DNA from: Pseudovirgaria hyperparasitica | Taxonomy: Eukaryota | Length of the DNA: 64,000 bases | Assembly (NCBI GenBank): GCA_010093815.1 | Contig: ML996565.1 | Reading direction: 5' to 3' (one strand) | Part shown: piece by piece, positions 37,334-49,499 of the stretch | Numbering within the stretch: the first letter of the stretch is position 1 | How the letters are laid out: every line of letters starts with the position of its first letter | Made by a program: the position numbers and the translations under genes | The notes under the pieces: generated by a model | Seen by the model: the letters and a program-made list of their open reading frames with translations, nothing else | Told to the model about the DNA's origin: nothing | Databases searched by the model: none

Positions 37334-38533
37334 ATGAAGCAGAAGTCTTTTCGAAACCTGCGTGAGTATCTTACTCAACAAAACCCGACCGTTCAATATG
37401 AGGATAGAGGTGGGACAGCCCCTGTTTCAACCGATAAAACCAACTCCAAGTCCCAAAGAAAGAACTCCAAGTGGCCCACTCCTAAGGCGCTTGGACTGTG
37501 GACTGAATTCCAATGGGCGTCCTTATCGGCAACCATGGATCGAAGGCTGCAACAGGCGCTCGAGAGAGACATGGAAGACCTACATGACTTCTCCTATATC
37601 CAACCACCGTTTCTCACGTTTCGTGACGAGAATGCACTTGAATCTATCTTCATCAAATTCCACCAATCTATCGTCATCGAAGCCCTTGATAAAACCCCTA
37701 ATGACTTGATCGGTCATCGTGTGAGGATGGTGCGTGGAGGCCAAGCAAGACGCCTCTATGAAGATGAGAGTCCTTGGCCGCATACGCCAGACTGGGCAGG
37801 AGTATGTCTGAAGCAAGATGATTCCAACATCTTACCCGGCGAATCCAAGCATAACTGGGGGTTTCGCGAAATCTCTGACGTATTGTCCTTGCGAAATCAC
37901 GCAGTGACGCTCAACGAAGGCCATAAAAAGGACAGTCGACTCAGCCCTATAAGCCAGATCATGTGGTACTGTGCCCTAGCACATGCACGCTATGGGTACA
38001 TAATCTCGAATTCGGATCTGATAGTTATCAGAGTCGACTTTAGCGAGATGAAGAACTTGAAGGCTAAAACTGATGAGCTGCGACAGTCGATCTTAGACAC
38101 TGGGAAGGTCCAATTACAGGCGATACCATGGAAAGAAAGCGGAGTAAACACTAATGGTGATCCGAAAATGACCATCCTTTTGGCACTTTGGTCACTTCAC
38201 ATCATGGCAGCAAATGAAGGTCGACTAGCACGTACCAAATACTGCAACTTGAAAAAGGAAAAGTACGTAAGTCCGGATGAGCAAGTAATCTCCGAGAAAG
38301 AGATGTCTAGTTTTGATTCTTCGCTTCAGGGCCTGTCTCAAGATTCTCAACGGCACAGTCAAGGATTACTTATGTCTCAAGTCTCAAATGCATCACACGA
38401 GGGTGCAAAGATGCCAAAACCGAGGACATCGAGGACCAGTATGAAGGCCGAGAAACGCACGCAAGAGGATACTGCAGTGTCAGGGCTATCTGGATCAGGT
38501 GAAAGGGCTACGAAGAAGCCAAAGAAGAAATAG
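37334..38533 (+). CDS. Putative PD-(D/E)XK nuclease-domain protein (399 aa)
   Basis: ATG at 37334 (aaaccATG). Motifs PDWAG (37787), PGESK (37835-37849), QIMWY (37955), RYGYIIS, IPW and LALWSL. Basic NLS-like tail KKPKKK. Confidence 0.78.
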   Translation: MKQKSFRNLREYLTQQNPTVQYEDRGGTAPVSTDKTNSKSQRKNSKWPTPKALGLWTEFQWASLSATMDRRLQQALERDMEDLHDFSYIQPPFLTFRDENALESIFIKFHQSIVIEALDKTPNDLIGHRVRMVRGGQARRLYEDESPWPHTPDWAGVCLKQDDSNILPGESKHNWGFREISDVLSLRNHAVTLNEGHKKDSRLSPISQIMWYCALAHARYGYIISNSDLIVIRVDFSEMKNLKAKTDELRQSILDTGKVQLQAIPWKESGVNTNGDPKMTILLALWSLHIMAANEGRLARTKYCNLKKEKYVSPDEQVISEKEMSSFDSSLQGLSQDSQRHSQGLLMSQVSNASHEGAKMPKPRTSRTSMKAEKRTQEDTAVSGLSGSGERATKKPKKK

Positions 38534-40092
38534 TGGTCCGGTATTGATACAAGATGCGCCCATCTATTTTTTCGTCGATATCATATCTAATTTGTCCTTT
38601 GTTATTATAGCAATGATTTAACGAAGTGAGATGACTTTCAACCCAATAGTATGTCGATGCTGTGACTCACGAGATAAGCTCAATGATCTGAATCTCGGAA
38701 AGGCCATCACTTCAGCTGTGTGGCGTGCAGCAACCCTAGATCATTGGTATTGTGCAATCCATATCTATGGCTACTGATCTTACCGATGGGACCAATATAT
38801 TACTTCTTTGTCCTCAGTGATCGGTGTAAGCCCCAGACTCCTGAGTGGTGCCCTTTCCTATTACTGATAGCCTGGAGACAAGGTTGCTGGGTGCTTGAAT
38901 TGTCAAGTGGTGTATTGGAAAAACCCTTGATTCGCTTGACGGAAATCCCAATCCAGACCAATGACAACTTGCATTCCACACATGGGTTAGCCTTTTCCAA
39001 TCGACCCATCAAGGAATACCCGATAGTGGCTAATGGGCACGGCCAAACACGATCTCTCATAAATCTAATCTGTTCTGTTCTCGATCATTCAAATCACAAG
39101 ACTTTTTGTCGCGAGTAACTTCGTATTCTGATTTCCTGAACCAAGCATAGTCAAGTCTTTTTAGTTTTTACTTGCCGACGCCACTCCACGTAGGTGTGTC
39201 GGGGACCTTGGAAAGGAATGAAGAAATCCAGTCTCTTCGAACGGATACACAGAATGTTGGAACCAAGCTCTTTGCGACATTAGCCTTGATCACCACAAAT
39301 TTGACCTATTGGATGACTCGATTCGGGGACCATTAGGTCATGGTTCACCCACCCACCGCCAGAGGCGTAACAACAACGTGAAATGGATCATCGAAAAGCA
39401 AACAAAGCCACCTGATGCTATGCGAGCTCAGGACTGCTGAATGATACTATCGGAGTATCGGACTTGCTTTGGCAACTAATTCTAGAATTCGAGATCCAGC
39501 AATAGCGTAACAGCCACTAACTCTAAGTAGGTGAAAACGAGGGCGAAAGAGCACTAAACTAGAAGTTGATAGAATTGATATACCCTAAGAATACTATGGT
39601 GTAAGTAATCTATATGCACATAGATGTATTCAAAGAAGTTTAGCACTAGTATACTTATGTTTCGTTAGCAAGTCTCCATTTTTGTCGAAGTTCTGCAAAA
39701 AGAGAACAATGATATGATGTGGAGTCAAGCCCCTAACAGTGGGTGACCTATTTTTCTATGTGTCCGACATTCATCATCCTAGGTGAATACTTCACTTTAC
39801 GAAATGTAATATCAGCTAAGGAAAGAACAGCCGGAGTTGAGACCAAGATTTGGTCGTCCGGAGTGGTTGTGATCAGGGATATTATATGATGTTAGGGTGC
39901 TTTGTGTGTTGTCTTGTTCGATGTTGTGCAAAATGACAGACCTGTTCATATTGCAATATTGCATTGGTCTCTCGTGATCACACAGTCAGCACCCGCGCTT
40001 CATACAAGTCACCTCATCGCTAGGGAGCTTGATGAAACTTCCCCATCCTTTTCCGTGCTATGACATCGTTCATGCAAGATTAGATCTAGATC

Positions 40093-43000
40093 TCAGTCAT
40101 CCATCCCGCCTAACTCGACCAACTTCCTCACAACACCAATGATCTCACCCTCCCTCCCCTTCGCCAAGTCCAGCTCCGGAGTCTCAATCTTCCTCCTCAG
40201 CACCTCATCCAACATGCCCCTTAAACGCCCCACCAGAACACCAATTCGCGCCCATCCTCTCAATCTCACCCATCCATCGACGGTCAAACCTCTACCTTGG
40301 GTGTCCAACTCAATCTGCCCACCGAACAGTAACATCGAGTAGCTATTGAACGGAGTCAACTCCCGGATGAAGACCTTGCTTGTCGCCATCTTGTTGAAAT
40401 AGCTCATAAATGCCGAATTCGTCGGGAAGGCCTGCGCGTCGAAGAGAGTAGACGACGGATGCACAAAGACTCGGCCATTTTCCTGATTGAAGTACTTTAT
40501 TGTCCGGGCTTCAGGATCCAGTGCGACAGTTCCGGCTAGGACTTTCTCATAACGCTTCTCTGGGAAGTCGATGCGTGCGATTTGTGGGTTGAACGAGCCT
40601 GCTATTAAGGCGCGTAGAAGTGCTATATTGCCGCATTGTCTGTTCAGAGGCGAGTTTGTGGCAGTCGTGAACGTGTATGTGAGCGGAATGAAGCCCGTTT
40701 CTTTGAGCGAGGAAAGGTATTGCGCGCGATTGGAAGATATGTCAAAGAGGGTTTGCTGGCTAAGGAATGAGCGCTCGCACCATTTGCGTGTGTCGAAAGC
40801 GGATACGCCTTTACTCCGCACCGCCTGCCATGCGTCGTAGGCTTTGAGGTCGGCAATCAAGTCGCCGTGGCCGCCATCGGCGAAGAAGGAGCGCGCAGCT
40901 TTCGATTCATCACGCTTGTCTTTGGGTGAGACAAAAGGGCTACGGACGGTCAGAATGGAGGCGATGGTGAGGCAAGCATCCAGGCACCCGAATGTTGCAC
41001 CATACACAAGCAATTTACCGCAGCGTAGATCGGCGGGGATCATCGAGAGATGTCGGCCAAGTGCAGTCAGGTCGTCACCGTCAAGAGCACCCATGCGCTG
41101 TAAGAGGTCAACAGCGCCTTCTACTGCCACACTGTCAGGTGGTGTGAGTGCGCCAGCGAGGAACCTTTGGACGTCTTTGACGCCCATAGCTCTCACTGAA
41201 AGGCATAATTGTTCAAGAGGAACTCTCCTTATTTCCGGCTCAGGTCGCTCCGCCATCTTATTCATTTCCGCAGTGCGAGTGTATAGCTTGTAGCAGTTTC
41301 CAGCTCGCACACGACCAGCTCTTCCACGTCGTTGCTTACAAGCTGCACGAGAAGCCCATACTTCTTCCAGCTTGACCATATTGTTCTGCGGGTCGAAGCT
41401 GGTCTCTTTGACGCGGCCAGTATCAATGACAGCCACAATATCCTCAATGGTAATCGAGGTCTCTGCGACATTTGTTGCTGCGACCACTTTTCGCATGCCT
41501 TTGGGCGGCGCGTGGAAGACGCGTTTCTGCTCGGCAGATAGTAGCGATGCATGTAGCGGCAAAGCATGTAGGTTCGGTATCCTTCGTAGAGCCTGTAGCG
41601 TTCTATCAATCTCCATCGTACCTGGTAGGAAGATCAAGATGCCGCCGTCTTGCCCACAAAGGTCGGCATCAATCTGTGCGACGGTCGATGCGATAAGATC
41701 GTAGTTCACGCGCATTCCCACACTCCGCAACCTTGTGCCAAGATCTTTTCCATCCTCCTCCTCATAATCCTCGTCGCCAGTGCCACCGAAGTTAGTCATA
41801 CGGAGGACATCGTCGATGTAAAGATCTTGGACCGGATGCGTTCGCCCCTGAATCTCGACCCGACCCACTTTCCCAGTGCTACTGAAGTACTTCTCGAACA
41901 CATCTGCATCGAGTGTAGCACTCATTAGGATGACCTTGAGATCCTTCCGTTGGCGTAGCACATCGCGCAGCAGCACCAAAAGAAAGTCCGTGTCCAAACT
42001 GCGTTCGTGAACCTCATCGACGACCACATGGCTCACGTCGGCTAAGGCAGCGACAACATCTTCAGATGAGCCGCCCGAAGTCTGGAGTCTCCGCAGTAAC
42101 ACTCCAGTTGTGACAAATGTAATCTTAGTAGCGCCTGGCGTCTGTCTCGACTCTCCACGTATAGAATATCCAACCTCGCCGCCTACTACTCCACATCGCT
42201 CATCAGCGACTCGATCAGCAAGACCTAGAGCTGATATCCTTCGAGGCTGTGTGCAAATAATATTTGCTGACTCTCCGAGCTCTCGTTTTATCATGTCATC
42301 TAGTACAAATTGCACAGACTGAGTCGATTTGCCTGAGCCTGTCTCACCCGAGATGATGACCACTTGATGTCTCTGCACAGAGTTGACAATTGTCTCTTGT
42401 AGGTTCCATGCCGGTAGGGACATGCGCCCACTTAGCATTTTGTGTTGAGCTGGTGTCTCCTGTCTAGCTTGCCATCTTGACAGTAACTGTTGGCTGATCA
42501 GTGATCCTGGTGTCAGACTGATAGCTTTAGGTTGCCGCCGTCCGCGAGATCTATTTTTCGGTCTTTGCGTCTGTGTATTTGCTTCACCAGCCGTGACCCC
42601 TGATGATACTTCAGCGAGTCTTCCAGGGTTCTCTATGATACCAGGAATCTCTTGCTCTAACCAATCAACTAAATTGAAAAGCATTGATTCGCCGAGAAGA
42701 TTGTCCTGCGCGTACAGTAATGCTCTGCGTGTAATGCTCAGACGAATATATGCAGGTAAGTCCGCTACAATCAAGATCACTGGCAGGACGTTAGGGTAGG
42801 CACCAGTCGGTCTGCGCGCATGTAAAGTGATAGGCTTCCTGGTTGGTGTCTTGAGCTCCAATTCCACATCGCATACCCCTTCCGAGCTCGACTTGTACCT
42901 GTCATCGAAGATTGAACTGAGGACAGTTTGTTCCTCATTCCAAGCTTCGGCGGCTTCAGCTTCTCCTTCGAGTTTCGATGCGTCTAGTGCTATGTTGAGC

Positions 43001-44290
43001 TGGTCAGGTATCCCTAACAGTCCGTATTGGAGAAGCTCTGCCGCCTTTCCTTCGTCATCTTGGTGTCTTATCAGCGCTACTTCACACAGCTCTGCAGCAT
43101 ACCCTCCCGCAGCCAAGCGCTTAAGCTTTGCTTCTCGCTTCAGGTTCCCACTGGCTAGACTGATACCAGCTGAATAGTTCTCAGGAAGGCACCATGGGGG
43201 TAGGTCGTCTTCAGGTACATGGATCAGTAGCCACTCCAAGACCTCTTCTCGGTCTTTACATATTTCTGCGGCCTCTTCCACATGGCTGTGCCTAAAACCA
43301 AGACCAACCAGAGCATCAACCAGGCTTCTCTGGGTATTTTTATCGATATCCACACCATTTGGATTCCAGACTGCGTCTTTCCGAATTAACCTCTCAACCT
43401 CCGTCCTGAGTCTCTTTCCCATCTCTACCGACGGTGCCTTCGACCAGATATCTTTCCTAGCATTTGTACCGTTGGTTCCGCCAGGTCTGACAATACCGGG
43501 TTGAGACACCCCAGTATCTGTCTGGGCTTGCTGCTTAGCCTTCTGCTCTCGCTTCTTCTCTGCGGCGGCTTTGGCCGCATCTCGCTCTGATTTGGCTAGG
43601 AACGGATCAGCTTCGTACATGTAGCCATTGCCCTTCTCTTGATCTTCCTTCTTGATACTTTGAAACTCATTCTTCCACAGATCTTTATATGTAGGAGGCA
43701 TCATCATGTGTACATTCCTCATGTTCGCGACTCGGAATAAGGCATAAGCAGCAGCAAAATGTCGCGCTTCAACAGCGCTTGATTGACAGCTAAGTTTACG
43801 ATAGGCAGGAGGAACTTCCATGGCAGGCAGAACAGTGACTTCCTGGGTCTTTGGATGAACTGTCTTCATAATGACTGTTGATCGAAAGCCATCTTGAGTT
43901 TTTTGCTTCGGTGTATCAGCAAACAGATTTAACTGTACTTTTAATTCCGCATACCATAGTATACTCTGGTTTACCCCATTTCTGTTTCTGGCAATGCTCA
44001 GACAGCATGTTCACTGGCAGTTTTCCTGTCCATGATGCCCCTCCGATGAGCGTCTTGACATCAGGCTTCTTCGGCGCATCATCTGCGGGTGTTACAGCCT
44101 CTTTTCCCTTTCCCTTTACTTTGCTGCCCTTGTCCTCGACTGCGGGCTTTACAGTGCCGTTGCCCTGCTTTTTACTTTTCTTGTCATCATCCTTCGCGTT
44201 CGAGAAGACGATGTAGCTGCCCTCATCCAAGCCTGGAGGAGGCTTCTTTGACGGTCCGCCACCACGCGGTGGATGCGCATTCTTTGGCAT
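40093..44290 (-). CDS. DEAH-box RNA helicase, DHX57/ucp12 (YLR419W)-like, with UBA and RWD domains
   Basis: Motifs GETGSGKST, DEVHER, MSAT, TNVAETSITI, QRRGRAGR and HPSS. N-terminal exon MPKNAHPP...SWTGKLPVNMLSEHCQKQKW, with an intron near 43900-43953. Confidence 0.93.
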
Positions 44291-44976
44291 CCTCGCGGGA
44301 GGAAATATGGTCGTGGAAGTATAATTTGGGCTCCATGGTGGAAAACAAGACGCGCTGGGATGCCTGATCTGGGAACTTTTTTGGCTGCCGGGGTGCTGGA
44401 TTATCCCCGCTGTGACGAAGGTTGTAGGGCTGGAGTGGGGCAACCTGAGGCAGGTCCCCGGAAACTACACTACTGCACCAGGTATCCATGAATGGGCTGC
44501 CTCCTTACGCTAAATTAGATTTATCACTCGCTTTAGAGCTAATTACTTCAACATGCGACCTACAAGCGTTCAAGACATCTTTCCGTCTGACTTTGTTGGT
44601 TGAGTCGTCAGCTCAGAACACCTTTGAAGCGGTTGCTTCTCTCGGTAGGACTGTAAGAGATGCTTCGACCGCTTTCAACGCGATCAACGTCCTCGTCCAA
44701 GTCGAAGCTCCTACACTTTCCCAACACCCTTCGCAGTTCTTTTTGGGAGACTCACTAGAATCAAGTGTGATTCAAAGCATGGCTGCTCAAGCTAATGCGT
44801 GGGTTTCTTCATTTATTTCGTGATGTAAAGCGATCTTGTCGTATCTTCTCCATCAGGAGGTACCTATTTCATCCCTTGCAGCTAACAGTGATGATTGCAA
44901 GATATGCGTTACGCTGAAAACACAACGCCCCCAAAACACTCGCTCAAACGAAACAGTATGCTACCGAACACGTCCA

Positions 44977-45708
44977 TCAACCGGTCTGCTCATGCTCGAC
45001 AACCAAACGGACCGGGTGGCCATAGCAGCCCTCTGTGCAATGTCAACATTGTACGGATCACTGCGCTAGAACTTGAATGAGACTTACGTTCGCTACCACA
45101 GTGAGTAATAGTGTACCCATCGGCACTCTCGGCGTGAACTGGGCCATGAGCATTGAACTCCAAGGCGCCCTCTGTCTCACGGCTCAGATAGACACGTCCC
45201 TTTCCCTCCGAGGGGTCCTCGAGAATCCACTTGGGACAGCCCGCAGAGGGATCAACGAAAGTCCAGCCATATGTGGAGACTTCGCTGACATCGTCCTTGA
45301 GGCACTTGTCCATGGCGGTGTTCCAGATGGTCTTGTGGTCTTCGCCCCACTCGGAGCGAAGCGTGACGAAGTCATGGCCGAGGTTGGTCGTGGAATGATC
45401 CTTACTGCACGCAAGGTACTATACATCTTTCTATGAGCAAAAGAAAGCGTCAAACTGGGACATAAAACCCACGTATCCTGGTTTTTCATTGTTCTCACGA
45501 AGATAGGCGCCATTGAGCTCAGAACCCTCCGGTGACCTATTTGATATTGATATTAGGAAATCTTAGCGCTCTTGGGAAGCTTAAGGTATGCTCACAGAAC
45601 AACTAGGCGAATGCGCCAGGCGTCACCTTTCTCCGGATATGGTTGAGCCACGACGGCGCCCAAAATGGCAGCGATTGCGACAGTGAAAAGGGCAAGTAGA
45701 CGGGTCAT
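44977..45708 (-). CDS. Small secreted protein (~190 aa, 4 exons), unknown family
   Basis: Spliced by hand: MTRLLALFTVAIAAILGAVVA-QPYPEKGDAWRIRLVVL|SPEGSELNGAYLRENNEKPGY|YLACSKD...THCGSE|QGCYGHPVRLVVEHEQTG*. GTGAGC, GTGGGT and GTAAGT donors all keep frame. Confidence 0.72.
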
Positions 45709-46020
45709 ACTGGGCGTGTGGTTATCTAGATTGTCGAATTGAGCGATTTGAAAGTGATTCTAAAGCTCGGATAGCTGGAAGATATAAGGATTTGTAGAAA
45801 ATGGACCTCGAGATAAAAGGTGAGGTGGTTGGGTCGTGTAGTAAATATACGCTAGTTCACTCGGAGCTTCAGCCAACACCGCGAGCCTGCAGCGGATATC
45901 CCGCCAGGTTTACAGCCTTTCACTAATCAAAGCCCGTGTTTCAAGCTCCCGAAATTGCACACAACACGATCGATTCAGCATGGGGCATGGTTCATCAATC
46001 TGTTGCGGCGCAAGCAAGAT

Positions 46021-46056
46021 CATTTGACTACCTTACTTAATTTGACTACCTTACTT
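46021..46056. repeat. Short direct tandem duplication (atttgactaccttactt x2)
   Basis: Seen directly, upstream of the 45708 gene. Confidence 0.8.
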
Positions 46057-46591
46057 TGTAAAATCCTGAATTAACCCTTTGTTTCAGGCACGAGCCGCGC
46101 AACGCAGAAGTGCGGGCGTGAAGGGATAGGTCCACACTATGCTTTCATTGGAATGAACCTGTTGGAAGGGATGTTATTAGCATCGTACAGATAAATCCAG
46201 ACCAAGCTCGTCCTGGTTCGTGTCACCAGGTCTAATATCCCTGTGTTCGTTCTGCATTGTGTGGTATCGCTCTACTGCAGATTATCTTCAAAGCCATCGT
46301 AGAATTGAATCACCTAGGTGTACAAACTCAACGCCTTGCGTACAATGTACACGTAAGGGGGACGTGCTGCAGAAGGTGGAGGTAGCTGCCTATGTCATAT
46401 CAGCGGTACCTCACAGACAGCCAGGGCGGAATGGATGTGGCACATGAACGATTGCACCTTCACCATTGTATTGTGTGAGGTAATCATTACGAAGAGTATT
46501 GAGTATATTGTGGTAAGCAATTATGTAAAGGATCGTACAAGGAACGCCTGTGAAAGAGTCAAAGTTATAGGAAACAGATATTGTACATTTA

Positions 46592-47380
46592 TCATGGGAC
46601 ACGGCAGATGATCGACTGCACATTGACACCGATCGAAGTGGCCCCGGTAGCAAGACCGCTATTATTGACACCGAATGGCTTGTTCAGATTCTGAGTGCCT
46701 GCCTTATCGGCGAAGGTGTCGCAAACGGCACCTGAATGGGCATTTGAGTTGAACACCTCCGCTCGGAATAAGATCTTGCCGTTCGGGAGAAAGCTGGAGA
46801 TGTCAGTGACCTCGTTCAGAACGGCCATCCTAACAACAAAGGTATCTTCGTCATCCTCAAGGCCGACGGATATCCACTTGAAGTCTTCTTCGCCACGTTG
46901 GTCTGGCACAGGGGGAGATGGAGTAGGAGTAGAGGGGTTGGCGTTGTCTTGTCCTCCAGTGTTATCGTTGTTGCCGGTAGCATTGGGGTTCCGGCCAGGA
47001 CTTCGCGGGAAACTTTGAGCATCGGCACATACGACGGCAAACACCTGAGTGCGTCGATCAAGGTCGAGATTGCTACCAGCAAAGAAGAGATCCCTTGAAT
47101 TGGTACCTCGAATGAAGTTGCCTTCGTCATCGAAAGCCGAACAAGTTGAATCCGCGTTACCATTATCGTCGACAATGCTGATCACCGTGACAGCACGCTC
47201 ATCTCCCGAACCGGGGACAATGAAAGGAGTTCCATCCAAAGATACCTCTCTCTGAATGGCGGTGGCGCTATCCCCAAGGCTAATGCGGACTGAGGGTGCC
47301 CATCGTTTGGCGGCATTGAGTGGAGCTGCGGCGGCGGCGACAGCTGATGAGACAATGGCAAAAGTAGTGTAAGCCTTCAT
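46592..47380 (-). CDS. Secreted protein (262 aa) with two internally similar Cys-pair domains
   Basis: Signal peptide MKAYTTFAIVSSAVAAAAA, Kex2-type KR, then two ~90-aa halves joined by a Pro/Asn linker. Confidence 0.8.
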   Translation of the reverse strand: MKAYTTFAIVSSAVAAAAAPLNAAKRWAPSVRISLGDSATAIQREVSLDGTPFIVPGSGDERAVTVISIVDDNGNADSTCSAFDDEGNFIRGTNSRDLFFAGSNLDLDRRTQVFAVVCADAQSFPRSPGRNPNATGNNDNTGGQDNANPSTPTPSPPVPDQRGEEDFKWISVGLEDDEDTFVVRMAVLNEVTDISSFLPNGKILFRAEVFNSNAHSGAVCDTFADKAGTQNLNKPFGVNNSGLATGATSIGVNVQSIICRVP

Positions 47381-48575
47381 ATTTACTGAGGAAAAGAAAT
47401 GAACTAGGAGGTATATAGGAAGCGCCAAGAGATATAGAGAATACCAGGTGTTATAAAACCAAGAAGGTATGAGTGATGAATGTTTCAGATGAGCTTGATG
47501 ATGAAAGAAGAAAAGAAACGAGGAGATCTATACAGCACAAAGTTTGTGCTTTTATGCATACTGTGCAGACCTCCAGAGGTTTCTAATCACATATAGCTGA
47601 GTATCGCCAAGTTAATCAGGGTGTATGTTGCGATAATAATAGGTCAGGTATCGGTCTTGCGCCGCAGCTTATGCGGAAAGATATTTCCCGAATGGAATTT
47701 CCCAAGAAATAATGCTCAGTGTCGGCTTAGATCTTGTCGAAAGAACCACAGCCACCTGCCACGAAAGCAGAGTAGGATCGAGTAATGGTCCTCGGAATCA
47801 TTCTTACCGCTTGTCGTCGACAAACCATGAAGCTTGTGTCAAGAGAACACAGAGAAGCCCTTATCTCGAGCTGTGTTTCCATAAAATCTGATCAACTCAA
47901 GCACTGCGCCGTAGCATGGCAAGGGCGTATGCGGCGCAAGATCGAACTGCAGAATTTGGCACGAATGAGAATCCGGGTGCAACGTACAAAGGACGTTCTA
48001 TAGATAGAATGTTCATAAGTAATCAAGGAAAATGTGATGAGTCGCTCTCAATAGGTGATGCCAATTACGAGATAGTTTCGAATTCGTGGACTGCCTAATG
48101 TCCCACTCGTACTCTGTAATCCTTGACAAGAGTCTTCATGAGGCGACGCAATGAAGGTTTCCGAAAGGCCTTCATCCACACAGCCTTAGAGTAATCACCT
48201 TCGATCCTGCTGGCCGTAGCTCTGGAGTTCGAACTCGAATGGTTCATAGTCGAGAATTCATCCCAAGCTTTTACTGAATCTACCAAGTCGAGCACCACGG
48301 CGTGTGGAGACTCATGATAGCGCTAAGGCAAGCTCAGAACGTAGCAGACTGATGCATGCCCCGAGTTTTTCAGGCTTCAATCCAATGTTAAAGATCTAGA
48401 GAATGTCAATGCAGGAGGAACTCGAGATGCTGAAGCGAGAAGTTGACAGCGCGGGAAAGGCGTCCGACTCCCGGGGAACCGGAAGCCCCACTGTGGACAC
48501 CTCAGCCCTACGAGAGACAAGACGCTGCAACCTCATCATCATGCCAGGCATATTCATCCGAAAACTTCCGCAATA

Positions 48576-49499
48576 ATGGCCGGAAGCCTCACAGATCCGA
48601 TCGCAGCTGACGAAATGGCTGGCACCGAGGTTCCTGCTGAGCTATCTCCGAACACAAACAACAAACGTTCAATTTCGAATGCTTGTACGCAGCCCACTGG
48701 CGCAAAGATACACTGCTAAGTACTGGCAGTTGCGGAACTGATGGCACCCAAGGCAAAACAAGCCAAACCTAGCCCAGGAAATCAGGGATCTCAACGAAAA
48801 ACTCAAACCTCGAAGATATTTTCCCGTCGGGATGGCCTTGGGGCATATATAGAAAGCCCAGACACCTTTCCTCCATCGCGTGTCGTCTACTACAATGAAG
48901 AAGTCGTCTGTATCAACGATCTCTATCCAAAAGCAACCGTCCATCTGCTCATACTACCGCGCGACCCGAAATTTCAGATGGTCCATCCGATAGTTGCTCT
49001 TGAAAACCCGGGCCTGCGAGCTACACTCAAGAAAGAGGTCGCACGTGCAAAGGAGCTAGTAGCTTCAGAGCTGAAGCGCAAGTATGGACGTGATTCAGCC
49101 ACGTCGAAAGCATACAATGATGCTGTGGATGCATCGTTGGACGCCGATGATCCACCCTCGCCGTCGACTTTTCCATCCGGTCGTGACTGGTCGCAGGATG
49201 TCAAAGATGGCATCCACGCGCATCCGTCCATGAACCATTTGCACGTACATGTACTTTCTCGAGACATGCATTCCGAATGTTTGAAACATAGGAAGCACTA
49301 CAACAGCTTCAACACAGATTTCTTAGTTTCCGTGGACGCTTTCCCTTTGAATGAAGATGATGAACGGAAGAAAATGCAGGACGAAAAGTACTTGAGGAAC
49401 GACTTAATTTGCTGGCGATGTGGTCGAAACTTTAAGGAGAAGTTTGCCAAATTGAAAGAGCATCTTGAGGATGAGTGGATGGCATGGAAGCAAGAATGA
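48576..49499 (+). CDS. HNT3: Aprataxin-like HIT hydrolase with C-terminal C2HE zinc finger (2 exons)
   Basis: Motifs DLYPKATVHLLILPR, HAHPSMNHLHVHV, KHYNSF, CWRCG and LKEHLEDE. Intron at about 48684-48729. Confidence 0.92.

Noticed and set aside
35364..40021. Imperfect direct repeat (caaggtcacgctcatcgc / caagtcacctcatcgc) near both ends of the kinase-nuclease interval
   Set aside because: Short and needs two indels, so it is not distinguishable from chance without an empty-site comparison.
47785..48298. Short ORFs upstream of HNT3
   Set aside because: 60-72 aa, no motifs, and no consistent splice model found.
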